Shown: piece after piece, positions 1 to 9,581 of the stretch
How positions within the stretch are numbered: position 1 is the first letter of the stretch
Layout: each line of letters begins with the position of its first letter
Assembly: GCA_028715785.1 (NCBI GenBank)
Contig: JAQURC010000002.1
Location: forward strand, 8,402-72,401
From: Candidatus Omnitrophota bacterium
GTDB lineage: Bacteria > Omnitrophota > Gorgyraeia > Gygaellales > Profunditerraquicolaceae
Length of the DNA stretch: 64,000 nucleotides
Reading direction: 5' to 3'
Position numbers and translations under genes: made by a program
The notes under the pieces: model-generated
Database searches by the model: none
What the model saw: the letters and a program-made list of their open reading frames with translations, nothing else
Told to the model about the DNA's origin: nothing

Positions 1-1
1 G

Positions 2-127
2 CACTTCCAGTTCATTAAATCAATTGCCTATGATTGCGATATGGACGCGCTTTTGATCAAGGTACGCCAGGCAGGCAAAGCCTGCCATACCGGAAATAGA
101 AGTTGTTTTTATAGAAAGATAAAATAG
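2..127 (+). CDS. hisI: phosphoribosyl-AMP cyclohydrolase HisI, C-terminal fragment (5' end outside window)
   Basis: Frame-2 translation ...[32 protein letters not shown] matches conserved HisI C-terminal motif (CDxD...ACHTGxxSCF); stop TAG 125-127. Confidence 0.6.
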   Translation, partial: HFQFIKSIAYDCDMDALLIKVRQAGKACHTGNRSCFYRKIK

Positions 128-135
128 GGCATCGA

Positions 136-1617
136 TTGATAAAACCGACTTTTAAAGAATTTTTAAAATTAAGCAGTAAAGGTAATGTTATACCGGTCTA
201 TAAGGAGATAAATGCCGACCTGGATACCCCGGTTTCTGCTTTTTTAAAAATCAAGCAAGGCAATTATTCCTTTCTCTTGGAATCCGTGGAAGGCCAGGAA
301 AAGATTGCCCGTTATTCTTTCTTAGGCACCGATCCCAGCCTGATTTTTAAAAGCAAAGGAAGGCAGATAGAAATTATTGATACGGCCAGAAACAAGAAAA
401 GGAGTTTTATTACCGGCAGCTCCCCCTTGGCTGAAATTAAGAAGATAATGCGGGATTTTAGAAGTGTTGAGGTTGCCGGACTGCCGCGTTTTTATGGGGG
501 CCTGGTGGGTTATATCGGTTATGATATGGTAAGGTTTTTTGAGGATATCCCCGATAAAAATAAAGATGACCTGCGTATTCCCGACACGGTTTTACTCCTT
601 ACGGATACGCTTTTGATCTTTGACCGGCTTAACCATAGCATAAAAATCGTAAATAATGTTATTCTGCCCAAAGCCTCGGGGGCGCTTAATAAAAAGAAGC
701 TTTATGAAAAGGCAGTTAAAAAGATCGAATCAATATATAATGGTTTTAACCGTTCGGTTATCCGAAAAGATAGCCTGGTTAAGCCCGGAAAATTACATAT
801 TAGCAGCAATCTTAAGCAGTCGGAATTCGTCAGTATGGTTAAGAGGGGCAAGGAGTATATAAAAAAGGGCGATATTATTCAAGTAGTCCTGTCGCAGAGG
901 TTTAAGGTCAAGACGCAAAGAGACGCTTTTGCCATTTACCGGTCGCTGCGCAGCCTCAATCCTTCGCCCTACATGTATTATCTAAAGTTAAAAGACTTTT
1001 CTATTGTTGGTTCAAGCCCGGAGATGCTGGTGCGTTGCGAAAATGGTTTTGTGCAGAACCGCCCGATTGCCGGTACGCGCAGGCGCGGTAAGGGCCAAGA
1101 GGAGGATGCGCGGCTTGAAAAAGAGCTTTTGGCCGATGATAAGGAAAGGGCCGAGCACCTGATGCTGGTAGATTTGGGCAGGAATGATTTAGGCCGGATA
1201 AGTAAACCGGGTAAGGTTAAAGTTGATGAGTTTATGCGCGTGGAAAAATTTTCCCATGTAATGCACCTGGTCAGCCAGGTAAGCGCGATACTTGACAAAA
1301 AAAGGTTTGATATCTATGATGTGTTAAGATCCACGTTTCCCGCGGGCACGGTAACCGGCGCGCCCAAGATCCGGGCGATGGAGATTATCGATGAGCTGGA
1401 AAATTCAAGGCGCTCGTTATATGCCGGGGCAATCGGTTATTTTAGTTTCTCGCATAATCTGGATACTTGCATTGCCATCCGCACGGTACTTCTTAAAAAT
1501 GGCTTTGCTTATGTGCAGGCCGGCTCAGGGATTGTCGCTGACTCTGTTCCGCAAAAAGAATATCAGGAATCAGTGAATAAAGCAGAAGCTTTGATGGAAG
1601 CAATAAGATTTGTATAA
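136..1617 (+). CDS. trpE: anthranilate synthase component I (chorismate-binding enzyme)
   Basis: 493-aa ORF with TTG start; chorismate-binding family motifs (LLESVEG, GYIGYD, PIAGTRRRG, LMLVDLGRNDLGR, GAIGYF). Confidence 0.85.
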   Translation: MIKPTFKEFLKLSSKGNVIPVYKEINADLDTPVSAFLKIKQGNYSFLLESVEGQEKIARYSFLGTDPSLIFKSKGRQIEIIDTARNKKRSFITGSSPLAEIKKIMRDFRSVEVAGLPRFYGGLVGYIGYDMVRFFEDIPDKNKDDLRIPDTVLLLTDTLLIFDRLNHSIKIVNNVILPKASGALNKKKLYEKAVKKIESIYNGFNRSVIRKDSLVKPGKLHISSNLKQSEFVSMVKRGKEYIKKGDIIQVVLSQRFKVKTQRDAFAIYRSLRSLNPSPYMYYLKLKDFSIVGSSPEMLVRCENGFVQNRPIAGTRRRGKGQEEDARLEKELLADDKERAEHLMLVDLGRNDLGRISKPGKVKVDEFMRVEKFSHVMHLVSQVSAILDKKRFDIYDVLRSTFPAGTVTGAPKIRAMEIIDELENSRRSLYAGAIGYFSFSHNLDTCIAIRTVLLKNGFAYVQAGSGIVADSVPQKEYQESVNKAEALMEAIRFV

Positions 1618-1723
1618 TGCATAATGTGTAATGCGGGTGTAAAGTAACTATGCGCAACGGAAAAACAAAGATTTTTGCATTACACATTTAACATTACACA
1701 AAAATAACAAGGGAGGTATAAAA

Positions 1724-1975
1724 ATGGCAGTACATATTCGACTAAGAAGGATTGGTAAAAATCCCGGCGGAAAGCCGCATTTCCGCGTTACCGTCTTTGA
1801 TGAGCGCAGGGGCCGGGACAGCCGGATAATCGAAGAGCTGGGTTATTATAAACCGACCAGCGGCTCGGCAGTGCTTAAGCAAGAGCGCATCGCAGCCTGG
1901 ATAAAAAATGGCGCCCAGTTGTCTGCAACCGTAAAGAGTTTATTGAAGAAGTCCAATAATACCCCGCGCTTATAA
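1724..1975 (+). CDS. rpsP: 30S ribosomal protein S16
   Basis: MAVHIRLRRIGKNPGGKPHFRVTV... typical S16 N-terminus; SD GGGAGG upstream. Confidence 0.9.
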   Translation: MAVHIRLRRIGKNPGGKPHFRVTVFDERRGRDSRIIEELGYYKPTSGSAVLKQERIAAWIKNGAQLSATVKSLLKKSNNTPRL

Positions 1976-2030
1976 GGAATTGCGCGCCTGCCTACCGGCA
2001 GGCAGGGGCAGCCCTTTTGGGCAAAGGAGC
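1961..2030 (+). repeat. gene-proximal hairpin+SD element, variant copy with extra palindrome (CCTGCCTACCGGCAGGCAGG) upstream of yajC; overlaps rpsP stop
   Basis: ACCCCGCGCTTATAAGGAATTGCGCG...GGCAGCCCTTTTGGGCAAAGGAG; rpsP ends ...NNTPRL* with TAA inside the element loop. Confidence 0.65.
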
Positions 2031-2035
2031 TTAAT

Positions 2036-2314
2036 ATGCCACAGCAAAACGCAGTTAACCCGATAGTTCAGCTTTTACCGTTAGCTTTGATCTTTGTTAT
2101 TTTTTATTTTCTGTTGATCCGCCCGCAGAAGCAAAAGGAAAAAGAGCACCAGAAAATGCTGGCGGGAATTAATAAAAATGACGAGGTGGTAACTTCAGGC
2201 GGGATACACGGGGTGGTAGTCAATGTAAAGGAGAAGACCTTGACGCTGCGCATCGATGAAAATGTGAAGATGGAGATTGAAAAGAACAGCGTCGCTTATA
2301 TCAAAAAGCCTTAA
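2036..2314 (+). CDS. yajC: preprotein translocase subunit YajC
   Basis: 92 aa, single TM helix then FYFLLIRPQKQ motif; directly upstream of secDF. Confidence 0.8.
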   Translation: MPQQNAVNPIVQLLPLALIFVIFYFLLIRPQKQKEKEHQKMLAGINKNDEVVTSGGIHGVVVNVKEKTLTLRIDENVKMEIEKNSVAYIKKP

Positions 2315-2342
2315 AATATATCAGAAAAACAGGAGCTAAATA

Positions 2343-4544
2343 ATGGAAAGAAAGCTGACCTATAAAATATTGCTTATCTTAGGCGTAATTGGATTGTGCG
2401 CATATTATACCTTTCCCCTGAGTAAGCATATTAACCTGGGCCTGGATTTGCAGGGAGGGATGCATCTGTTGCTTAAAGTTGATACCAGTCATCTTGAGGG
2501 AAAGGCAAAATTAGATGCCTGTGACCGGGCAGTCGAGGTTATCCGTAACCGCATCGATGAGTTCGGGGTCAGGGAGACTTCCATTCAAAAGCAGGGCGAG
2601 GATGAAATTGTAGTGCAGCTTCCCGGGGTTACTGACCGGCAGCGCGCCATTGATTTAATCGGTAAAACCGCAATGCTTGAATTTAAAGTTGTCTCCAATG
2701 ATGCGGATAAGCTCAAGGAGTCAATCGCCGGCACGATCCCTGAAGGTTATGAATTAAAATATTCTCAGGAAGAGAATGAGCCGTTATTGCTTGAGAAGAA
2801 AACCGTTTTAGTCGGGGATTCTTTAACCGATGCTTCGGTGCGTTTTGATCAAAGCCAATTCAGCGAGCCGATTGTTGCTTTACAGTTTAACGCCGCAGGC
2901 TCCAAGAAATTTGCCGAAATAACCGCGGCAAATGTAGGAAAGCGCCTGGCGATTGTCCTGGATGGAAAGGTGCAGTCAGCGCCCAGGATCAGGGAGGCGA
3001 TCCCTTCAGGGGAGGCGGTAATTACCGGCAGGTTTGATGTTCAAACTGCCCAGGACCTGGCCTTAGTTTTAAGGGTAGGGGCCTTACCTGCGCCAATGCA
3101 TATTGAGGAGGAAAGGACAATCGGCCCGTTATTGGGGCAGGATTCGATAAGTAAAGGAGTTAAGGCCTGCATTATCGGCATCGGCTTAGTTTTTATTTTT
3201 ATGGCTGTTTATTACCTTTTAGCCGGGATCGTTGCCAATATCGCCCTTATGCTTAACCTGCTTATAATCTTAGGATCGTTGGGCATGCTTCCTTTAATAT
3301 TTCCCGGCATATCCGCCACTTTGACTCTTCCGGGGATTGCCGGTATCGCTCTTTCTTTAGGTATGGCAGTAGATGCCAACGTCTTGATTAATGAGCGCAT
3401 AAGAGAAGAGTTGGCCGCGGGCAGAAGTTTACGCCTGGCAATAACCAACGGATATGGGAGGGCTTTTAGCGCCATATTCGATTCAAACCTTACTACCTTA
3501 ATTGCCGCGTTCCTTTTGTTCCAATTTGGCACCGGGCCCATAAGGGGTTTTGCGGTTACCTTAACCATCGGTTTGATTGCCAGCATGTTTACCGCTATTA
3601 TCGTAACCAGGGTAATCTTTGAACTCCTTTTAAATTCGGGAATCCTGAAATCATTGCCGATGTTAAAGTTGATCAAGGATACAAAAATAGATTTTATTAG
3701 CAAAAGAAAGATTTTTTATGCGCTTTCTATTGTAGTTACGGTAGTAGGGTTGGTTTCGTTCTTAATGAAAGGGAGCAAGGCTTACGGTATAGATTTTTCC
3801 GGAGGGCAGCTCCAGGAGTATATGTTTAAGGCCCCGCCTTCTGTTGATAAGGTTAGAAAGGTTTTAGACCAGATAAATCTCAGTAACGCTTCCATACAGC
3901 AGTTCAAAGACAACCCGAATGTTTTACTGATCAGGACCTCTGAAGATAAGAATGAGATATTGACTAAGGAACTAAAACAAAGTTTTCCCCAGGATGATAT
4001 TCAAGTTTTAAGGATCGAGCGCGTTGGCCCTGTAGCGGGAAAACACTTAAGGGATAAGGCGGTGCTGGCGCTTTTCTGGGCGTTGGCAGGGATCCTTATT
4101 TACGTTGCTTTCAGGTTCAAGCATTTTAACTTTGCGATCGCCGGGATTATCGCTCTTCTTCATGATGTTTTAGTTTCTTTGGGCATGCTTTCCCTGACCG
4201 GCAGGCAAATAGACCTTTTAAGCGTCACTGCTTTTTTAACTATTGCCGGCTATTCAATAAATGATACGATTGTTATTTATGACCGGGTGCGGGAAAATGC
4301 CAAGTTTTACCGCAAATTGAATCTTTATGAATTGATAAACCTAAGCGTGAATCAATGTTTGGGGAGGACGCTGCTTACCAGCGGAGTTACCTTGTTGTGC
4401 GTTTTGGCAATATTTTTATACGGTGGGGAGATCCTCGGTAATTTTTCTTTTGCTTTGTTAGTTGGTTTTTTCTGCGGAGCTTATTCTACGGTTTATATCG
4501 CTTCACCGCTGGTGCTTGCTTGGAGCCGCAAAAGCTCTAAATAA
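2343..4544 (+). CDS. secDF: protein translocase subunit SecDF (fused SecD-SecF)
   Basis: 733 aa; SecD periplasmic domain plus two six-TM halves; yajC-secDF synteny. Confidence 0.9.
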   Translation: MERKLTYKILLILGVIGLCAYYTFPLSKHINLGLDLQGGMHLLLKVDTSHLEGKAKLDACDRAVEVIRNRIDEFGVRETSIQKQGEDEIVVQLPGVTDRQRAIDLIGKTAMLEFKVVSNDADKLKESIAGTIPEGYELKYSQEENEPLLLEKKTVLVGDSLTDASVRFDQSQFSEPIVALQFNAAGSKKFAEITAANVGKRLAIVLDGKVQSAPRIREAIPSGEAVITGRFDVQTAQDLALVLRVGALPAPMHIEEERTIGPLLGQDSISKGVKACIIGIGLVFIFMAVYYLLAGIVANIALMLNLLIILGSLGMLPLIFPGISATLTLPGIAGIALSLGMAVDANVLINERIREELAAGRSLRLAITNGYGRAFSAIFDSNLTTLIAAFLLFQFGTGPIRGFAVTLTIGLIASMFTAIIVTRVIFELLLNSGILKSLPMLKLIKDTKIDFISKRKIFYALSIVVTVVGLVSFLMKGSKAYGIDFSGGQLQEYMFKAPPSVDKVRKVLDQINLSNASIQQFKDNPNVLLIRTSEDKNEILTKELKQSFPQDDIQVLRIERVGPVAGKHLRDKAVLALFWALAGILIYVAFRFKHFNFAIAGIIALLHDVLVSLGMLSLTGRQIDLLSVTAFLTIAGYSINDTIVIYDRVRENAKFYRKLNLYELINLSVNQCLGRTLLTSGVTLLCVLAIFLYGGEILGNFSFALLVGFFCGAYSTVYIASPLVLAWSRKSSK

Positions 4545-4549
4545 AAAAT

Positions 4550-4600
4550 GGGGACGGTTCTATTTTTCTAAATTAAATCGGGAAAAATAGAACCGTCCCC
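4550..4600. repeat. 19-bp perfect inverted repeat hairpin (GGGGACGGTTCTATTTTTC / GAAAAATAGAACCGTCCCC, 13-nt loop); member of a long-hairpin repeat family; possible terminator for secDF
   Basis: Read directly; related copy at 62613-62691. Confidence 0.6.
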
Positions 4601-4611
4601 ATCCATTCAAT

Positions 4612-6507
4612 ATGTTATTTAAATCACTCAAACTATATCCTAATCAAGATATTAACTTAGAAACTCTTTCTGAGGCCCTGGTTGATTTTGGTTACCGCAG
4701 GCAGAAGATGGTTTCCGCAGAAGGCGATTTTAGCCGCCGCGGTTCGATTATCGATATTTTCCCGGCCTCCTTTGAATTACCCATCCGTATTGAATTAGGT
4801 AATGAAAAAATCATTTCCATCAAAACTTTTAATCCTTCCAGCGGCCAGGCCCTTTGGCAGCATAATATCGTTATTGTCCTGCCGCATAAAAAGTCCTCAG
4901 GCGCCAGAGGCCGCGTATTTAACGAAAAGTTCCCTTTAAAAAATTTCGTAGATTTGAATATCGGTGATTTTGTAGTGCATAACCAGCATGGCATAGGAAG
5001 GTTCCTGGGCATGCAGAAGATCAAGGCAGGAAGCGGCCTTAAGGACCACCTGGTGATTGAGTATGACCGCAATGAAAAACTGTATGTGCCGGTTGACGCC
5101 ATGCACCTGGTGCAGAAGTATATTGCTTTTCACGCGGGGCGGCCTAAACTCTACCGTTTAGGCAATAAGCAGTGGCAGAGGGTAAAGGCGAAGGCGCGCA
5201 AGGGCGTTCAAAAGCTGGCCTGGGAACTATTGAGTCTGCAGGCAATGCGCCTGGCTTCTAAGGGGTTTAAGTTTTCCGCGGATACCGATTGGCAGGCTGA
5301 TTTTGAAAAGACATTTCCGTATGAAGAAACCCCCGATCAGGCCAAGGCAATGGCAGAGGTTAAGCTCGATATGGAATCTTTTAAGCCCATGGACAGGCTG
5401 CTTTGCGGGGATGTGGGGTATGGAAAGACCGAAGTAGCGATGCGGGCGGCATTTAAATCGGTGATGGACAATAAACAGGTTGCTTATCTTGTCCCGACCA
5501 CTATTTTAGCCGAGCAGCATTATAAGAATTTCACCGGCCGGTTGGCTAATTTTGCGGTAAATGTTGCGATGCTTTCCCGTTTTAAAACCATCAGGCAGCA
5601 AAAAGAAATTATCGAAGGGTTAGCCGACGGAAGCGTGGATATAGTTATCGGCACGCACCGGCTGCTTTCGGATGACGTGGTTTTTAAGGATTTAGGTTTG
5701 GTTATCGTTGATGAAGAGCAGCGGTTTGGAGTTGAGGCTAAAGAAAAGCTGAAAAAACTTAAAACTACCATCGATGTCCTGGTTTTAACTGCCACACCGA
5801 TCCCGCGCACCTTGTATATGAGTTTAATGGGGGCAAAAGAAATTTCGGTAATCAATACCCCGCCGCAAAATAGGTTGCCTATCAAGACGGTTGTGGTAGA
5901 ATATGATGCGGATTTGGTAACCCAGGCCATTAAGCGGGAACTGGCGCGCCGCGGCCAGGTGTTTTTTCTGCATAACCGTATCCTGGATTTGGAAAAAATC
6001 CGGGATAAGATCGCAAAGAATTTGCCGGCAGGCGCGAGGATTGCCATGGCCCATGGCCAAATGAATTCTTCTTTGCTTGAGCGGATCATGTCGGATTTTA
6101 TTTCCGGCAATATCGATGTTTTGGTCTCAACCATGATTATTGAATCCGGCATCGATATACCAAATGCCAATACCATTATCGTAAATAACGCGCAGATGTT
6201 TGGATTATCTGATCTGCATCAATTACGCGGCAGGGTGGGCAGGTTTAACCGGTCCGCCTACGCGTATTTTATGGTTCCTGGCAATATGGTTTTGGAAGCC
6301 GATGCCAAAAAACGGCTGCAGGCGATAGAGGAATACACCGAGCTGGGGGCCGGTTTTAATATTGCCATGCAGGATCTGGAGATCCGCGGGGCCGGCAACA
6401 TCCTGGGACAAGAGCAGCACGGATTTATCGTGGCTGTGGGGTTTGACCTTTATTGCAGATTATTAAAAGAAGCGGTGGTCAATTTTAAGAAAGCAGGGGT
6501 ATTTTAA
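4612..6507 (+). CDS. mfd: transcription-repair coupling factor Mfd, short form (RNAP-interacting domain plus RecG-like translocase; lacks the UvrB-homology N-terminal module)
   Basis: 631 aa; [14 protein letters not shown] (Mfd RID motif), DEAD/DEAH helicase motifs ([35 protein letters not shown]). Confidence 0.8.
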   Translation: MLFKSLKLYPNQDINLETLSEALVDFGYRRQKMVSAEGDFSRRGSIIDIFPASFELPIRIELGNEKIISIKTFNPSSGQALWQHNIVIVLPHKKSSGARGRVFNEKFPLKNFVDLNIGDFVVHNQHGIGRFLGMQKIKAGSGLKDHLVIEYDRNEKLYVPVDAMHLVQKYIAFHAGRPKLYRLGNKQWQRVKAKARKGVQKLAWELLSLQAMRLASKGFKFSADTDWQADFEKTFPYEETPDQAKAMAEVKLDMESFKPMDRLLCGDVGYGKTEVAMRAAFKSVMDNKQVAYLVPTTILAEQHYKNFTGRLANFAVNVAMLSRFKTIRQQKEIIEGLADGSVDIVIGTHRLLSDDVVFKDLGLVIVDEEQRFGVEAKEKLKKLKTTIDVLVLTATPIPRTLYMSLMGAKEISVINTPPQNRLPIKTVVVEYDADLVTQAIKRELARRGQVFFLHNRILDLEKIRDKIAKNLPAGARIAMAHGQMNSSLLERIMSDFISGNIDVLVSTMIIESGIDIPNANTIIVNNAQMFGLSDLHQLRGRVGRFNRSAYAYFMVPGNMVLEADAKKRLQAIEEYTELGAGFNIAMQDLEIRGAGNILGQEQHGFIVAVGFDLYCRLLKEAVVNFKKAGVF

Positions 6508-7418
6508 TGAAGCGCATAATTAGTTTTTCGGCCATTGCAATTACGCTTATTTTTTTTATCCCCTTTCTTTACGCGCAGGATAAGGTGGTGGCGATAGTGA
6601 ACAATGAAATTATCACGCAAAAAGACCTCAATGATTTTTTGAATTATATACGCCTGCAGTATTCACGCGAAGTTAAAGGAAAGGCTTTGGCGGAAAAAGT
6701 AGAAGCGATGCGGCAGGATCTATTACAGCGTTTAATCGAAGACCGGATTATACTTGCGCAGGCAAAGATCGATAAGATAAATATCGATTCCAACAGGGTA
6801 AAAGAAAAAATTAATGAGATTAAAAAGCGTTACCGGTCGGATTCGGAAATGGAACGTGATTTGGCTAAACAGGGATTAGTGCAGGCGGATTTGGAAAATA
6901 AGATCCGGGAGCAGATGCTCACCTATAGCATTATCGAGCAGAAGGTGCGCAGTAAAGTAGTGGTTTGGCCGGAAGAAATCACCAGCTTTTATAACCAAAA
7001 TAAGCAGCAGTTTTTAAAACCTGAGGAGAGGATCCTCACGATTATTATCTTGCCCAGTGAAGATTTGGCTAAAACCGTCAGTTATCAGTTGAGGATTGGG
7101 TCAAAATTAGAGGAGCTTGCCGCAAAATACCAGTTTACCACCGATAAGCTTATTGCCTGGCAGGGGCAGCAGCTGCGCAGCGAGATCGAAGAAACGGTAT
7201 TTAAATTGGGAATAGGGGAAGTATCTAATCCGGTAAAAATCGACGAGCAATATTATATCTTCAAGTTAGATGATATTGCCGGAAGCCGGCAATTGAGTTT
7301 GGATGAGGCGCAGGCTAATATCCAGGCTTATTTATTCGATAAGAAACTGCAGGATGCCCTGGCCAAATGGTTAAATGAACTTAAAAAACAATCCTACATT
7401 AAAATCCTCGACAATTAG
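6507..7418 (+). CDS. surA: SurA-like periplasmic chaperone / PpiC-type peptidyl-prolyl isomerase
   Basis: Signal peptide, SurA N-domain, degenerate parvulin domain; conserved surA-pdxA-ksgA synteny. Confidence 0.7.
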   Translation: MKRIISFSAIAITLIFFIPFLYAQDKVVAIVNNEIITQKDLNDFLNYIRLQYSREVKGKALAEKVEAMRQDLLQRLIEDRIILAQAKIDKINIDSNRVKEKINEIKKRYRSDSEMERDLAKQGLVQADLENKIREQMLTYSIIEQKVRSKVVVWPEEITSFYNQNKQQFLKPEERILTIIILPSEDLAKTVSYQLRIGSKLEELAAKYQFTTDKLIAWQGQQLRSEIEETVFKLGIGEVSNPVKIDEQYYIFKLDDIAGSRQLSLDEAQANIQAYLFDKKLQDALAKWLNELKKQSYIKILDN

Positions 7419-8367
7419 AGTCGGTATTACTATAGGCGACCCTTCGGGAATCGGACCGGCCGTTACCCTTAAGGCTCTTGAAATATTAAAAGGTAAGGCC
7501 GGTTTTACGGTTATCGGTAACCGCCTCGTGTTGGCTAAGGCGGCTAAAATCTTAAAAATACGCTCCTTGCCTGCGGAGTTAATCGATTTAAATAATGTTA
7601 ATCCGGGGAATTTTACATTCGGCAGTTTAAGCGCGCAAAACGGCCGGGCTTCTTTGGAATACCTCGATGCGGCTTTGGATTTGTTTAAGAAAAATAAAAT
7701 TGATTGTCTGGTTACCTGCCCGGTCTCAAAAGAAGCGATCAACCTGGCAGGAGCTGAATTTTCCGGCCACACAGAATATCTTGGTAAAAAGACAGGCTGT
7801 AAGGACCTGGTCATGCTGCTGCTTAACGCTAAATTAAAATTCAGTTTAGTTACCAGGCACGTGGCGCTTAAGGATGTCTGCGGATTGCTGGACCGTAAAG
7901 TTTTAAGAACCAATATCCTAAAGACAATCAGGGGCCTGGAGTCTTTATTCCTGATAAAAAAACCAAGGCTGGTTGTCTGCGGGGTTAACCCTCATGCCTC
8001 GGATAACGGAGTAATCGGTAAGGAGGAAGGGAGGGTTATTACGCCGGTTGTAAAAAGCCTGAAGAAAAAAATCAGGGGCGTTTCCATAACCGGACCGCTT
8101 TCTGCGGATGTGGCGATATCACAGGCCGCAGGCGGAAATTTTGATTGTGTAATTGCCGCTTATCATGACCAGGCGCTTATTCCTTTAAAGTTAACGGATT
8201 TTGACAGCGGGGTAAACCTTACCCTTGGCCTTCCTTTTGTGCGCACCTCTCCTTTGCACGGGACAGCTTTTGATATCGCCAAAAAGCCCGCTATGGCCGA
8301 TCCCGGCTCGCTGGTGGCTGCCATAAAACTTGCCATAAAATGCGCATCAAACCAAAAAAAAGCTTAG
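7375..8367 (+). CDS. pdxA: 4-hydroxythreonine-4-phosphate dehydrogenase PdxA
   Basis: VGITIGDPSGIGP N-terminal motif, GPLSAD, AYHDQALIP; overlaps surA end (start may be later). Confidence 0.8.
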   Translation: MNLKNNPTLKSSTIRVGITIGDPSGIGPAVTLKALEILKGKAGFTVIGNRLVLAKAAKILKIRSLPAELIDLNNVNPGNFTFGSLSAQNGRASLEYLDAALDLFKKNKIDCLVTCPVSKEAINLAGAEFSGHTEYLGKKTGCKDLVMLLLNAKLKFSLVTRHVALKDVCGLLDRKVLRTNILKTIRGLESLFLIKKPRLVVCGVNPHASDNGVIGKEEGRVITPVVKSLKKKIRGVSITGPLSADVAISQAAGGNFDCVIAAYHDQALIPLKLTDFDSGVNLTLGLPFVRTSPLHGTAFDIAKKPAMADPGSLVAAIKLAIKCASNQKKA

Positions 8368-9158
8368 GCCAGAATTTTCTTACCGATAAAAATATTCAGA
8401 AAAAAATAATCCGCGCCTGCGGCCTGACCAATGAGGATATCGTTTTAGAGATAGGCGCCGGATACGGGGGTTTTAGCGCCCAGCTTGCGCCTTGCCTAAA
8501 GAAGCTCTATGCCCTTGAGATCGATTGGCGCCTGTATCCGGATCTTGAAAAAAATTTAAGCGCCTACAACAATTGTAAAATTATAAAAAGCGATATATTA
8601 AAATTTGAAATAACCGGATTTCTGCAGGAAGAAAAAATAAAACAAAAAATAAAAGTTATCGGCAATATCCCCTATTATATATCCAGTCCGATTATCGAAC
8701 ATCTGATCAATTATCGTAATAATATCGGTGAGGTTTTTATGACGGTGCAAAAAGAGTTCGGCCGCAGGGTTTGCGCTGTCCCCGGGTCAAAAGAATACGG
8801 ATCTTTCAGCTGTTTTGCGCAATATTACGCCCGGTGCAGGGTCCTTTTTGAAATCAACAAAAGATGCTTTAATCCCGTCCCAAAAGTAGATTCGTCTTTT
8901 TTATCGCTGAAGTTCAGGGAAAAGCCGGCTGTTAACGTAGGGGATGAGACGCTGTTCTTTAAGTTGATCCGCGCTGCTTTTAACCAGAGAAGGAAAACTT
9001 TACGCAACAGCCTGGAAGGCTTGCTGGACCGGCAGGAGTTAGAAAGGGTCCTGGATAGCGCCGGTATTAATAGGAATGTGCGCCCGGAGGATCTTTCCCT
9101 GGAGCAGTTGGCAAATTTGAGCAATTCCTTAAAATCATTACAGTTAAGCGTTCATTAA
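8340..9158 (+). CDS. rsmA: 16S rRNA (adenine1518/1519-N6)-dimethyltransferase RsmA/KsgA
   Basis: LGQNFLTD, VLEIGAGYG, GNIPYYISSPI motifs. Confidence 0.9.
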   Translation: MRIKPKKSLGQNFLTDKNIQKKIIRACGLTNEDIVLEIGAGYGGFSAQLAPCLKKLYALEIDWRLYPDLEKNLSAYNNCKIIKSDILKFEITGFLQEEKIKQKIKVIGNIPYYISSPIIEHLINYRNNIGEVFMTVQKEFGRRVCAVPGSKEYGSFSCFAQYYARCRVLFEINKRCFNPVPKVDSSFLSLKFREKPAVNVGDETLFFKLIRAAFNQRRKTLRNSLEGLLDRQELERVLDSAGINRNVRPEDLSLEQLANLSNSLKSLQLSVH

Positions 9159-9175
9159 AAAAGTCAAAAAATATC

Positions 9176-9233
9176 TTGACAAGCCCGCGTTTTTATTATA
9201 AACTTCTTTACTTTCACGATTATCTGGTAAAAT
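9176..9233 (+). promoter_or_regulatory. candidate sigma70-type promoter region for the tRNA-Thr/rpmG/tRNA-Trp/secE/nusG unit (TTGACA at 9176-9181; TATAAA and TAAAAT -10 candidates)
   Basis: Hexamer matches only; spacings suboptimal. Confidence 0.25.
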
Positions 9234-9342
9234 AGCACGTTTAATTTAATTTTATTATTACCAAAGAAAGAGTTTTGGATAATTTCTTGGGGTGTAGATT
9301 TTTTTTATTTATTGGCTTGCACGACTTGGCGAATCCATTTCT

Positions 9343-9415
9343 GCTGGAGTAGCTCAGTTGGCAGAGCACGTCCTTGGTAAGGACGGGGTCACGAGTTCAA
9401 TTCTCGTCTCCAGCT
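9343..9415 (+). tRNA. tRNA-Thr (anticodon GGT)
   Basis: Cloverleaf: acceptor GCTGGAG/CTCCAGC, D-arm AGCTCAGTTGG, anticodon loop TTGGTAA, T-arm GGTTCAATTCC. Confidence 0.85.
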
Positions 9416-9427
9416 TACTAAAAAAAT

Positions 9428-9577
9428 ATGCGTGAAACAATAACTTTAGAATGTACGGTTTGTAAAAATAGAAATTACACGACGTCAAAGAACAAAAAGT
9501 TGCATCAAGATAGGCTGGAGCTTAATAAGTTCTGCAACTGTTGTCATAAGCATACCCCGCATAAAGAGATTAAATAA
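9428..9577 (+). CDS. rpmG: 50S ribosomal protein L33 (zinc-ribbon C+ form)
   Basis: 49-aa [52 protein letters not shown] (below ORF-track cutoff); between tRNA-Thr and tRNA-Trp upstream of secE. Confidence 0.85.
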   Translation: MRETITLECTVCKNRNYTTSKNKKLHQDRLELNKFCNCCHKHTPHKEIK

Positions 9578-9581
9578 TATT

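Noticed and set aside
3212-3703. 163-aa reverse-strand ORF inside secDF
   Set aside because: Antisense to a well-supported, conserved membrane protein gene; no SD and no recognisable domain; typical shadow ORF.
5520-6176. 218-aa and smaller reverse-strand ORFs within mfd; similar antisense ORFs within rpoB, rpoC, fusA, tuf and cob genes
   Set aside because: All lie antisense to strongly conserved genes, lack homology signals and arise from codon bias of the sense strand.
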